Counted from the first letter of the stretch, positions 51,880 to 61,795 are shown. The stretch is DNA of 64,000 nucleotides from Candidatus Levyibacteriota bacterium (GCA_027459725.1 DAIDHK010000001.1:67411-131410), one strand, 5' to 3'. Notes: generated by a model from the letters alone, not told the origin. Made by a program: numbers and translations.

Positions 51880-51909
51880 ATTCTAGATTAGAGATAAAAT
51901 TAATGTCAA
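51880..51909 (-). promoter_or_regulatory. Possible internal promoter of the M4 protease gene
   Basis: TTGACA-18 nt-TAGAAT in the 60-nt gap. Confidence 0.5.
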
Positions 51910-51923
51910 ACCACCGTGATATT

Positions 51924-54900
51924 CTAGACAATACCGGAATTCGGGGAATCTTCATTGCTGATCAAGGCCGCTGCAGCTACAGCAGGAGGAGCAAATGTTG
52001 TACCCGTCACACCAGACGGCATCGAGACCGGAGAAATCGGCTGAGAGGGTAACTGATCAACAATAGCTGCAGGCGAGCCCGTTAGTAGTCCTGCATCGAC
52101 AGAATTCACGGGAGAACCAGAATTTAATCCTCCTACAGAAGGCATCTGAGAGGAGACTCCCGCAACAGCATTATTCATTGAGTTTGTATAACTTTGAGCG
52201 AGATCTCCCACTGTTTGCATTAAAGGCTGGGGATTATTCAAAGTGCCATCAGCAATACCAGGATCGGTCGCAATAACTGGCGACTGAGACAATGGCTGAC
52301 TACTCACGCTTAAACCTGAGGTAGGAATACTGGTACTCACAATGGGTTGAGATGCTATAGTTGAAGCTGATGCAGACAGAGTATCTGCTGATTGAAGTGT
52401 AGTAGGATTTGCAGACAACTTTGTATTTGTAGGCTGAAGTGCAGAGGGATTGTCCGTGGTATCTACAGCTTGAGGCTGGGGTAGTAATTTGATAAAGCTA
52501 AATTCAGATTTTTGCTGATCATAGTCAATTTTGATAATATCTCCTGCTATAAAAGTTTTGTTAATAATTTTCATGGCAATTGGATTTTCTATCGAGGATT
52601 GAATTAATCTGCGTAGCGGACGAGCACCGTACTGGGGATCATAACCTTCCTTAGCTAAAACTTCCAGAGCTCCATCAGTAATTTGTAAAGAAAACCCCTG
52701 TTCCTTGAGTAATTTATCAGTCTTATCAACTCCTAACTTGGCAATATACTTCATATCCTGCTGACGAAGCGGCTGAAACATAATTATTTCATCAAAACGA
52801 TTCAGCAATTCCGGACGGAAAAATTTATGCAAATCATCAGAAATTTTAGCTTGCATTTCCTTATACATTTTCTGATATTCCTCAGGAGTCTTAGTAGGTT
52901 TGGATAATTGATCCTGAATATCCTGACTGCCAATATTGGAAGTAGCGATAACAATAGTATTTTTAAATGAGATAGTATTACCTTTATTATCAGTCAAACG
53001 TCCGTCTTCTAATAACTGTAATAAAATATTAAACACATCCGGATGTGCTTTCTCTATTTCATCAAGCAGAACAATAGAATAAGGCTTGGCACGTACAGCC
53101 TCTGTTAATTGTCCTCCTTCTTCATAGCCCACATAACCGGGAGGCGCTCCAATTAATTTTGCCACCTCATGCTTTTCCATGTACTCTGACATATCCAAGC
53201 GCACCATTGCGTCATCCCGTCCAAATAGAATCTCCGCTAATGTTTTGGCTAACTCAGTCTTTCCTGTTCCTGTTGGACCAAGAAAAATAAAAGAAGCGAT
53301 CGGACGATTAGCCGCTGATAAACCAATCCTACCTCTACGCACTGCTTCTGCTACACCACTAACAGCCGGCTCCTGATCAATCAAACGCTGATGTATACGT
53401 TTTTCCAATTCCAGCAATTTCTGGCTTTCATCTTCAGTTAATTTGGTGATAGGAATACCGGTCCATGCGCTAACAACTTTTTCAATATCGGAACGCAACA
53501 CGCTATTATCTTTCCTTTTACCTGAGGACAACTGTAATTTAACTTCAGCCGCAGCTTCGTCTAACAGATCAACAGCTTTGTCAGGCAAATATCGCTCACC
53601 AATATACTTTTTAGAAAGTTTAACCGCCTGTTCTAACGCTTCATCCGGAATAGTGACATGATGATAATTCTCATACTTAGTTTTCAGAACCCTCAACATC
53701 TTTACAGCTGTTTGTTCATCCGGCTCTTCCGCCACAATTGGCTGGAAGCGGCGTGCAAATGCTTTATCTTTCTCAAAATATTTTCTGTATTCTGAAGTCG
53801 TTGTTGTTCCAATAATCTGCAATTGTCCGCGTGCTAAATTTGGCTTGATAATATTAGAGGCATCAAGCGACCCCTCATTATCACCTGTCCCAACCAGTGT
53901 ATGGATTTCGTCAAAAAACAAAATAATTTGTCCGCCGCTGGACATAGAGTCACGCATCACACTGCGAAGTCGCTCTTCAAATTCCCCCCTGTGGCTTGCT
54001 CCTGCAACTAGAGATGCAACATCTATCTGAATGATTTTTTTATTTTTTAATTCCTCAGGAACATTTCCTGTTACGATAGCTTGAGCTAAACCTTCTACAA
54101 TAGCTGTTTTCCCAACTCCTGCTTCACCGATAATAATAGGATTATTTTTGGTTCTGCGTAAAAGAATATGTACTAATCTGTCTACTTCTCTTTCCCTCCC
54201 TGCCACAGGATCCAATCCCCCCTCTTTTGCTTTTTCTGTCAGATCCACACCAAATTTATCCAGCACAGACTTCCTGCCTTCTATATAAGCTGAAGACTTT
54301 CCCAATTGAGCTACTACATCAGCTTTTTTTAAACCTTCTGCCTGTAACGTCGTCCCACTGGAAGAAGAAAAAACCGCCAATAAAATATCTTCCGGAGCAA
54401 TAAATGAGCTACTGCGCTCTTTAGCGGTGGTAAATGCACTTTCGAAGATTTGTTTGACTTGATCACTTAAAGTGGGCTGGCCTGCAAAAGTACCTACGAT
54501 TTCTTTAGCTTGTATTTCCCGGGATAGCTTCGCAACATCAACTTTAAATTGTTCTAGAAGCTTATAAATATCTGTGTCATATAACAGACCAAATAGCAAC
54601 TGTTCAGGCATTATAACTGCCTGCTGTATACGCATTGATTCCTGCTTAGCATGCATTAAAACCTGCATGGAACGGGAATCCAGATGAGATAGAGCTGATA
54701 AATCCTCACGACGTGAAGGGTCCATAACTGCATTGTTAGATGGAGTAGGAACAGATACCGGAATAGAAGATGGAGCTGTCGTTGTAGTAGTACTGGTCTG
54801 CTGAAAAGTAGGAACGGGTACAGCCACTGCTACCGGAGCTACTACCATTGGTCCGCTCGCACTAATTGTGGCTGTACTACTCTGAGTAGTCTGTGTAGTT

Positions 54901-54995
54901 TGTGTAACAGGAGAATTCACCTCCGATTGAGCAGAAGGATTAGAATCATTATTTTTTGCACTAAATAAATTTCCTAGCATATATCTATTGTTCAA
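51924..54995 (-). CDS. Hsp100/ClpC-like AAA+ ATPase with long low-complexity N- and C-terminal tails
   Basis: Clp-N repeats; D1 [21 protein letters not shown]; D2 [34 protein letters not shown]. No M-domain and no IGF/MGF loop. Confidence 0.93.
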   Translation of the reverse strand: MNNRYMLGNLFSAKNNDSNPSAQSEVNSPVTQTTQTTQSSTATISASGPMVVAPVAVAVPVPTFQQTSTTTTTAPSSIPVSVPTPSNNAVMDPSRREDLSALSHLDSRSMQVLMHAKQESMRIQQAVIMPEQLLFGLLYDTDIYKLLEQFKVDVAKLSREIQAKEIVGTFAGQPTLSDQVKQIFESAFTTAKERSSSFIAPEDILLAVFSSSSGTTLQAEGLKKADVVAQLGKSSAYIEGRKSVLDKFGVDLTEKAKEGGLDPVAGREREVDRLVHILLRRTKNNPIIIGEAGVGKTAIVEGLAQAIVTGNVPEELKNKKIIQIDVASLVAGASHRGEFEERLRSVMRDSMSSGGQIILFFDEIHTLVGTGDNEGSLDASNIIKPNLARGQLQIIGTTTTSEYRKYFEKDKAFARRFQPIVAEEPDEQTAVKMLRVLKTKYENYHHVTIPDEALEQAVKLSKKYIGERYLPDKAVDLLDEAAAEVKLQLSSGKRKDNSVLRSDIEKVVSAWTGIPITKLTEDESQKLLELEKRIHQRLIDQEPAVSGVAEAVRRGRIGLSAANRPIASFIFLGPTGTGKTELAKTLAEILFGRDDAMVRLDMSEYMEKHEVAKLIGAPPGYVGYEEGGQLTEAVRAKPYSIVLLDEIEKAHPDVFNILLQLLEDGRLTDNKGNTISFKNTIVIATSNIGSQDIQDQLSKPTKTPEEYQKMYKEMQAKISDDLHKFFRPELLNRFDEIIMFQPLRQQDMKYIAKLGVDKTDKLLKEQGFSLQITDGALEVLAKEGYDPQYGARPLRRLIQSSIENPIAMKIINKTFIAGDIIKIDYDQQKSEFSFIKLLPQPQAVDTTDNPSALQPTNTKLSANPTTLQSADTLSASASTIASQPIVSTSIPTSGLSVSSQPLSQSPVIATDPGIADGTLNNPQPLMQTVGDLAQSYTNSMNNAVAGVSSQMPSVGGLNSGSPVNSVDAGLLTGSPAAIVDQLPSQPISPVSMPSGVTGTTFAPPAVAAAALISNEDSPNSGIV

Positions 54996-55024
54996 TTTTT
55001 CTTTGCATTAGTCAAGCTGACTAA

Positions 55025-57925
55025 TTATTCTGATTTATTTTTGAACTCTTCAACAGTTTTATCCTTTTTTTCATCAGCATATTCATTCACCGATACGTCC
55101 AAATGCCCCTCCAGTTTGTCCTGCTGAACTGAGGTTGTTCTTTGACTAAGAAGTGTATCCTCTTCCTCTTCCTGTTTGCCCAAGTTGGCCAGTACTTCTT
55201 TAGCAGCTTGTGCTTTAGCTTTTAAGTAAGCCACAATTTCAGATTGTGAGAAACCTCCAATCAGCAAAAACGGCAGAATTCCAGACACACGCTGCATGCC
55301 CTGACTTACTTGTAATTGATCCTGAGAGGAAAGTAAAGAAATTGTCTCTGCAATATCCTCAATATCTGAAATCAGCCATGACTTACGATCACTGATCCTT
55401 CCATCCAGCGTTTCTGGAACATCCATGTTAGTATAGTTATCAGCCCACATCTGTCTGACAGCTTCATAATCCTCAATGCTGACGGTCTGAATGCGGTTAG
55501 AAGAAGGCAGATTTGCTCCCGCATTGGAGATCTGAACACCATTTTGCGCTAAAAGTTCTAACACCTTTACGGCTAAGGGATCTCCCTTTTGTTTGGCATC
55601 CTGCAAAGTCTTTAATAAACGTTGAACTTGAGAAATAATATCGGGAGATTGTGCAGATGCCAATAATTCAGTAGCCAATTTATTACCCTTTCGACTTTCC
55701 TGTTTGAGTTGATCATGTAATTTGGTAACTGTTGGCAGATCAACTTTACCTTTTTGAGAAAATAGTTTAGTAGCAGCTAATACATTTACTGCGACAGGAT
55801 TACTACTAGCACTTTCCTGATGCAATGTCTGTACAATTGTATTAAGGGTTGAGGGCAGAGTAGACGTAGACTGAGTAGCAATTTTTTGAATCATTTGGGA
55901 AATACTTTCGATTTCCGTTTTATTAATAGTATTCATAGTTGAGACGACCAGCGAAGCGGTAGTATTACCTTTTTCACTTTGCTCAACTATGGTCTGACGT
56001 ATCTCATTAGCTTTAGTTCTCTCCATCTGACTAGCCGCAATTGTAGGATTTAAGATTGTATTCATGGTTTGTTGAACCGTATTTGCTGTCTGTTTGCTGA
56101 CACTGGTAGCCGTAGCCAGAGACGCCGCCTGTAAAATGTTCTTTGCTAAAACATTTCCCTTCTGACTCTCAACCATTAATCTTCCTCTTATCTGGCGGTA
56201 TGTATCCTGTTGAGCACCAATCGCACTGGTCGGGTTAGCAATTTTCGACAACGTTTGTTCATAACGTAGCGAGGTAGGAGAGGATTTATTAACTATCATA
56301 TTTTTCTCAAATTGCGCTATGTCACGCATAGTGGGAACATTAAGATTAGTCAGGCGCATAAGCTCAGAATTTATTTTTACAGGTATTTGAACCGGTTGAT
56401 TCCTTTTAATATCCACGTTTACTGGTACTTTAAAATTAGCCCCAAAAGGCAACGACTTAGCCAGACCTGTGGGTTTATACTTACTTGGAGGTTGAGGGGA
56501 AATCGGTGAAGGAGGGGGGGGATTAAACATAGCAGGACTTCTGGCTATCAGCTGCTGTACCCATGCGTTCTCATTAATTGAAAATGAATTAAGATAATCA
56601 AGAAAAATCTGCAAAAGAATAAACGGTAATAAGATAACTACCCATAACATCATTAATGCCACAATATATTCTGCAAAAGTTTCGACATAATTTATGCTAT
56701 TGTTAATACCGACCTGTTGTTTGGGTCCACCAAGCAAAATATTAATAGCTGTAGGAAACCTATCCAACAACTCCGGTGAGCCGGGTTTAAAGGTTGAAGG
56801 ATCCTGTCCGCCTAATACAGCGGAAGAATTATACGTATCTCCTGCCAAATCTGTATGTGTATAGTCTGTGAAGTTAAGAGGAATATAATTTACCCATACG
56901 CTTACCAAGCCGGCAAGTAATATTGAAAACAATGGTGCATACAATAACCAGCGGAAGAATTCACCTATCCAAATTTTGGCCGTATTACGAACCGGACTAA
57001 AAAATAGAAGTAAGGGGAAAACGGGAGAGAGGATAATAAAAAACCACATGATAATTTTACGCAGCAACAAAATACCAACCATAACGTAATACGTGATGGC
57101 TGTCAGCTTGACGAGTAACAGAGCAATAAAAGCAGATTCCGTAGCGGAAGGATCTGCCAAGCGCAAACCAACAAATGTGGCGTAATCCCATCCTACAAAC
57201 AAGAGATCTTTTTGTGAAATATTATTGGGAGCATATGTAGGACTTTTAAGAAAGAATAACTGGATGATATCTCCTAACTGGTAGAGAAATTGAATTATAC
57301 TCCAGGAAAAATATACTAAAATCACAATTACTATAAAGCGGATAATAAAACGCCTAACGCTTAAACTTCTACCCCGCGTTGCTATAATGACAATAGCGGC
57401 AACAATCAATACTACTGCCAGCATTGCATATACAATATAACTAATTTTTAACCAGAAAAGCTGTAAAGGATTTTGAGAGGGAGATCCTCCACTTCCCGGC
57501 ATAAGATATACCCAACCAAAATTTTTTGCGCTTAAAGTCCAGTCAAGCAAAAGTCCCGCGCGGGCAGCATTTTGCCCGACAAAAGTTACTTCACTATCAG
57601 GCACATAAGTTCCAGTCGGCACTGGAGTGGTACCCACACCAATTGCACCTGCTCCTCCACCAGGAGTAGGAGAAGGCGTTGGCGTGGCAGTAGGGGTGGG
57701 AGAAGGAGTTGGTGTAGGTGTATTTATGGGAGCAGAACAACCACATGATGGACCAGATAATCTACTACTAGGTGCTACACAAAAACAAGTTTGTCCAACA
57801 GGGCATGTACCATTGGTACTACCCCCACAAGTATAAGTTGCTGCATCTACAAGATAAGCAGAGTTAAAAAATAAACCAAAATAAACTAACAATGCAATGA
57901 AGATGCTGGGCAGTTTTTTCAACAT
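55025..57925 (-). CDS. Large VirB6/TrbL-like polytopic membrane protein with cytoplasmic helical repeats
   Basis: Signal peptide, 6-Cys mini-domain, PT linker, multi-TM core (LLRKIIMWFFIILSPVF...KIWIGEFFRWLLYAPLF), five ES.KGN..A..L-type repeats and a C-terminal helical domain. Confidence 0.7.
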   Translation of the reverse strand: MLKKLPSIFIALLVYFGLFFNSAYLVDAATYTCGGSTNGTCPVGQTCFCVAPSSRLSGPSCGCSAPINTPTPTPSPTPTATPTPSPTPGGGAGAIGVGTTPVPTGTYVPDSEVTFVGQNAARAGLLLDWTLSAKNFGWVYLMPGSGGSPSQNPLQLFWLKISYIVYAMLAVVLIVAAIVIIATRGRSLSVRRFIIRFIVIVILVYFSWSIIQFLYQLGDIIQLFFLKSPTYAPNNISQKDLLFVGWDYATFVGLRLADPSATESAFIALLLVKLTAITYYVMVGILLLRKIIMWFFIILSPVFPLLLFFSPVRNTAKIWIGEFFRWLLYAPLFSILLAGLVSVWVNYIPLNFTDYTHTDLAGDTYNSSAVLGGQDPSTFKPGSPELLDRFPTAINILLGGPKQQVGINNSINYVETFAEYIVALMMLWVVILLPFILLQIFLDYLNSFSINENAWVQQLIARSPAMFNPPPPSPISPQPPSKYKPTGLAKSLPFGANFKVPVNVDIKRNQPVQIPVKINSELMRLTNLNVPTMRDIAQFEKNMIVNKSSPTSLRYEQTLSKIANPTSAIGAQQDTYRQIRGRLMVESQKGNVLAKNILQAASLATATSVSKQTANTVQQTMNTILNPTIAASQMERTKANEIRQTIVEQSEKGNTTASLVVSTMNTINKTEIESISQMIQKIATQSTSTLPSTLNTIVQTLHQESASSNPVAVNVLAATKLFSQKGKVDLPTVTKLHDQLKQESRKGNKLATELLASAQSPDIISQVQRLLKTLQDAKQKGDPLAVKVLELLAQNGVQISNAGANLPSSNRIQTVSIEDYEAVRQMWADNYTNMDVPETLDGRISDRKSWLISDIEDIAETISLLSSQDQLQVSQGMQRVSGILPFLLIGGFSQSEIVAYLKAKAQAAKEVLANLGKQEEEEDTLLSQRTTSVQQDKLEGHLDVSVNEYADEKKDKTVEEFKNKSE

Positions 57926-57926
57926 A

Positions 57927-58343
57927 CTAATTTATTTTCTGATATTCATAATCTGCATTCTTCACGTATTGATTTGTTTTATACAACTGTATCCATTTTT
58001 CTTCCTGACCTGCCGGAACTGTAACCTCAAAGACAATATCAGTTCCTTTTTGATTATAAGAACCATTAGAACTGTACTGTACTAAACGGGCTGGCTCAGC
58101 GTTTTCCAGAAACAAACTTACAGCCTCATCATAATTAGTACTATCTACTGTAACCAATATTTTTCCTGCAACATAAGGAGATAATCCAAAGATTCTATAG
58201 AGACCTGTTTGATATATAAATGAGGGATTATTAAACACATACAGATATAGAATAAACATAAATAGAGTAAGAAATACTCCCAACAAAAAACCTGTAGCAA
58301 AAGAATATTTTCGCTTTGACGGTTGTGATATTTTTATCGGCAT
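57927..58343 (-). CDS. Small TM protein with peptidase-propeptide-like (ferredoxin-like) domain
   Basis: TM, then PYVAGKILV...FEVTVPAGQEEKWIQLYKTNQYVKNADYEY, a pattern resembling subtilase/fervidolysin N-pro domains. Confidence 0.6.
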   Translation of the reverse strand: MPIKISQPSKRKYSFATGFLLGVFLTLFMFILYLYVFNNPSFIYQTGLYRIFGLSPYVAGKILVTVDSTNYDEAVSLFLENAEPARLVQYSSNGSYNQKGTDIVFEVTVPAGQEEKWIQLYKTNQYVKNADYEYQKIN

Positions 58344-58346
58344 ATA

Positions 58347-58655
58347 TTAAGCTCCAAATCCGGGTAATTTTAAGATGTCAACTAAAACTATCTGAATAAA
58401 CAGATAACCAAAAATAGCTAATAACAATCCGGCAATAGCATAATATAAATAACTTTTACCATTACGTAAGGCAGCAGGATCCCCCTGTGACGTAAGAAGA
58501 ATATATGCTCCATAGAGAATAAATATTAAAGAAAGTCCTCCGATAATACTTAAGCCAATACCATAAAACCTTTCAGCAAAGGCTACAGGATCAGTAGGTA
58601 AGCAACCAAAATCAGTTGTGATTCCGCTTCCTCCATTTGGTAAAGTACACTGCAT
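58347..58655 (-). CDS. VirB2/TrbC-like pilin (CPR type)
   Basis: C...GITTDFGCLPT, TM1, TSQGDPAALRNGKSYL, YAIAGLLL TM2: typical CPR pilin pattern. Confidence 0.85.
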   Translation of the reverse strand: MQCTLPNGGSGITTDFGCLPTDPVAFAERFYGIGLSIIGGLSLIFILYGAYILLTSQGDPAALRNGKSYLYYAIAGLLLAIFGYLFIQIVLVDILKLPGFGA

Positions 58656-58736
58656 ACTATTACGTTAGCAGAGATAGCTCATAAAAACAATATTTATGAT
58701 GCCTAAAATTATTAAATTAATTTAATAATTTATAAC

Positions 58737-58776
58737 AAAAAAACACCCTCAGCTGGATAGACTGAGAGTGTTTTTT
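58737..58776 (-). terminator. Intrinsic terminator upstream of the pilin gene
   Basis: Minus strand CACTCTCAG-N9-CTGAGGGTG (one G-U pair) followed by T7. It pairs fully only on the minus strand. Confidence 0.75.
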
Positions 58777-58856
58777 ACCATGAAAATAGTATTATTAACA
58801 AATTTTTATTCTCATTAGAAATCAGCTTGGTCTGACTTTCTCAACATAATCAGGAT

Positions 58857-59104
58857 CTATTCAGCAGTTAAATAGCTGTACAGTCTTTGTGATTTTATGT
58901 GAAATAATTTTCGTCCTAAATGTAATAGATCTCGTGTAGCCTTCTTGGTTGTTGTTGTAAAATCTATCAGATCTCCAACTAAATTAATTTCACCAATGTT
59001 GAGATTAATGAAAATACTTGTTGTCAAACAGGATATGTTATTTACAATTCACAACAAGTTCAATAATCCGTTATATTTTATTTCTTTTTCCCTGCACCTC
59101 CTTA
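58857..59104 (-). pseudogene. Possible decayed small gene
   Basis: Perfect TAAGGAGGTG (59104-59095), then a 79-codon frame starting at AGG rather than ATG with one internal TGA (59049-59051); a minus-strand terminator follows. Confidence 0.3.
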
Positions 59105-59213
59105 TAAATACAATATTAACAATAAATCCTGAAAAATCCCTTAACATTCATTAATCAAAATACCACAGCTTGTATTGTCCTAGAGTAATTGATATAATTT
59201 CTACTCTTTAAAT

Positions 59214-60797
59214 ATGCCGGTTGAACAATTGTCAAAACGTATCCTAACAAGTATTATGAATTTCACTGAAGGTACCGGTGGGGAAGGGCGCTTGCCAGTT
59301 CTCGAAATTGTACCTGAGGGTAATTTTGCCAGAACAGATAATGGAAATAATATCTTCCGTGAGGGTGCTAACTTATTTGGAATATTTACTAATAAATTTG
59401 CCCGCTCAACTCTTACTTTAAATCCAGCTCCGCATGTTCCAGGTAAGATACCAGCCGAAGTTGTAAGAAATGCTGCCCTCAGAAGATTTGGTTTTATACC
59501 TAATCTGGGAAATCTAAACGAAATTGGAACTCATTTAGTAGTCTGGTGGCAAAAACTTGATACACCGCCTGAAACTCCTATAGAAGAACAAACAGGTTCT
59601 CGTTGTGATATGCTCGGCCTTGCGCAACTGCCTGAAACAGATCGCAAGAATTATTTTTCAGCTATTAGTCAACAAATTGAAAATGGTGTTAATTTAATGG
59701 CTGAATGTTTAGGTTTATCTGAGGACGGACTTAGAAATTTAAGAGTTTATGGTTTATTTGGACATGCCACTTGGGAAGAGCGTAATAAATTTGGCCTAAG
59801 TAGAGGCTCACAAAGCGCACCTGACGGACATTTAAATATTGTCTACTTACCTGAAGATGTTAGTAAAAAGACGAATCCGGAAGCAGTTACGGCTAAAGAA
59901 ATGGTTAAACAGATTGGTCCATGGGATACAGTGGTTGATAACCTATTTGGCAGTGGAATACAAAGAATGATTCAGAATACTGCACTATCACGACTGAATC
60001 CGCGGGATGTAAAGGAAAATAATCCGATTTATGTCACCAGATTGTCAGATTATACCACCAGCAGTGACTTCTCTCATATGAATTTCTTTGAAGGCTATAA
60101 GTTGAATTTTGGCCAATCCATAAGCATAGAACGATCACTTGCAGTACTTACTGACATCCTTAAAAAAGGCTCAGACCTCTATTCAGCTGCTTTGTCCAAC
60201 TATGAGGCTTACTTTAAAAACAGTCATAATCCTGACAGGAAAAAAGCCATATTTGATAATTTAAAAACAAGTGCTAAATTATTTGGTTTTGGTGATCGTA
60301 TGGCAGGTGAATTTGCTAATTTCGTTTTCTCCATAAAACCGACCCATGGTCAGCTAAATAAATGGATTAATGAAATTGAAGCTGATATACACAGCCACAA
60401 TGCCGGTACTGATAACTCTGAAATATCTGCCGACAATTTAGCTTATTTAAAAAAAGTCAAACGCGTATATCAAAGAATCGCTGTAAAATTACACGCGACA
60501 GGCGGACGGGAAAGCTTGAGAAAACATCTTCAGCATGTTAACAATTTATCCCCTCTGGATGCTGATCTACTTCTATCAGTGATTGAAGACAGATTCAAAC
60601 TAATGGATGAAAAAGTGACAAACATTTCCTCTATTATGTCCCCCTTCCTCTCAGGCAGCTATATGCTTGATTACACAAGGGATAATCAGGGACATATTAT
60701 GGTTAAGGGCATATCCTTGAGCACACGTCTTGGCACTGACAAAGGAGTAGTAGAAGATTTAGGAGGATATGTTATTCATCGAGCCACGGGTATATAA
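59214..60797 (+). CDS. Hypothetical soluble protein with a degenerate HIT-like region
   Basis: 527-aa ORF with TGaTATAAT upstream. GTHLVVW...LAQLPETDRKNY...GSQSAPDGHLNIV resembles HIT-fold spacing. Confidence 0.7.
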   Translation: MPVEQLSKRILTSIMNFTEGTGGEGRLPVLEIVPEGNFARTDNGNNIFREGANLFGIFTNKFARSTLTLNPAPHVPGKIPAEVVRNAALRRFGFIPNLGNLNEIGTHLVVWWQKLDTPPETPIEEQTGSRCDMLGLAQLPETDRKNYFSAISQQIENGVNLMAECLGLSEDGLRNLRVYGLFGHATWEERNKFGLSRGSQSAPDGHLNIVYLPEDVSKKTNPEAVTAKEMVKQIGPWDTVVDNLFGSGIQRMIQNTALSRLNPRDVKENNPIYVTRLSDYTTSSDFSHMNFFEGYKLNFGQSISIERSLAVLTDILKKGSDLYSAALSNYEAYFKNSHNPDRKKAIFDNLKTSAKLFGFGDRMAGEFANFVFSIKPTHGQLNKWINEIEADIHSHNAGTDNSEISADNLAYLKKVKRVYQRIAVKLHATGGRESLRKHLQHVNNLSPLDADLLLSVIEDRFKLMDEKVTNISSIMSPFLSGSYMLDYTRDNQGHIMVKGISLSTRLGTDKGVVEDLGGYVIHRATGI

Positions 60798-60851
60798 TAC
60801 TTTTAACAGAATTATTATATTCTTTTCATATTCATCCATTAGTATAAAATA

Positions 60852-61772
60852 ATGAGATACTTAATAACGGCGGTATTATTGGGTTTAATATTTATTCTCC
60901 TTTTAATTAATTTACTACATATAAGTCCAAATAATGTTCAAACAGATATAACTTCCTCCAATTACGCTACTGTTTCAACTCCACCAGCATCAGTACCTGA
61001 TTTCAACCATATTGTCATTATTATCATGGAAAATAAGCCTTTAAGTTCTCTGCAAAACAATCCGTCAGCCAGCTATATCAATCAACTTGCTAAACAGTAC
61101 GCGTACGCGGCTAACTACACTGCCGTCACGAATCCCAGCCTGCCTAACTATATAGCATTGATAGGAGGAAGTACATTTGGTATTAATTCTGACTGCACTA
61201 ATTGTTTTTTAAATCAGCCAAATCTAATTGATCGCTTACAAACTGCTGATATAAGCTGGAAGGCATATATGGAATCAATGCCTTCGGCCTGTTATCTAGG
61301 CAGTACTAACTTATACGCTCAGAAACATGACCCATTTATCTACTTTGATGACATAAGAAATAATTCTGCCCGATGTAAAAATATTGTTCCATATTCTAAT
61401 CTAACAAAAGATCTTGCCTCGGCTTCTCCTCCACGGTTTATCTGGATCACACCCAATCTGTGTAATGACATGCATAATTGCTCTATTCAAACCGGAGATA
61501 CCTGGTTATCACATAATGTTCCACTTATTCTAAAATCAAAAATTTTTACTACAAAAAATTCTTTGCTAGTGATTACCTGGGATGAGGGTAACATTTATGA
61601 TAATAAAATTGCCACCATTTTTGCCGGCCCTCAGGTTAAACATAACTTTGTCTCGTATAAAGCTTATTCGCATTATTCCTTATTGCACACTGTGGAATCT
61701 TCCTGGCATTTGCACCCACTGACTAGTAATGATTCTACAAGTCCGGTAATGGCTGATTTTTTTAACCAATAA
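60852..61772 (+). CDS. Secreted phosphoesterase (acid phosphatase/phospholipase C family)
   Basis: HIVIIIMENK, PSLPNYIALIGG, WKAYMESMP, YAQKHDPF, ITPNLCNDMH, ITWDE, HYSLLHTVE; N-terminal TM. Confidence 0.92.
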   Translation: MRYLITAVLLGLIFILLLINLLHISPNNVQTDITSSNYATVSTPPASVPDFNHIVIIIMENKPLSSLQNNPSASYINQLAKQYAYAANYTAVTNPSLPNYIALIGGSTFGINSDCTNCFLNQPNLIDRLQTADISWKAYMESMPSACYLGSTNLYAQKHDPFIYFDDIRNNSARCKNIVPYSNLTKDLASASPPRFIWITPNLCNDMHNCSIQTGDTWLSHNVPLILKSKIFTTKNSLLVITWDEGNIYDNKIATIFAGPQVKHNFVSYKAYSHYSLLHTVESSWHLHPLTSNDSTSPVMADFFNQ

Positions 61773-61795
61773 TACAGTGAAGGGGCTTTAGCAGA

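Noticed and set aside
55025-58655. Conjugative element (ICE)
   Set aside because: No relaxase, VirB4, coupling protein, integrase or att-like repeats were seen in the window.
58945-59154. 69-aa plus-strand ORF upstream of the HIT-like gene
   Set aside because: TTG start, no motif and low-complexity AT-rich sequence; the downstream gene has its own -10.
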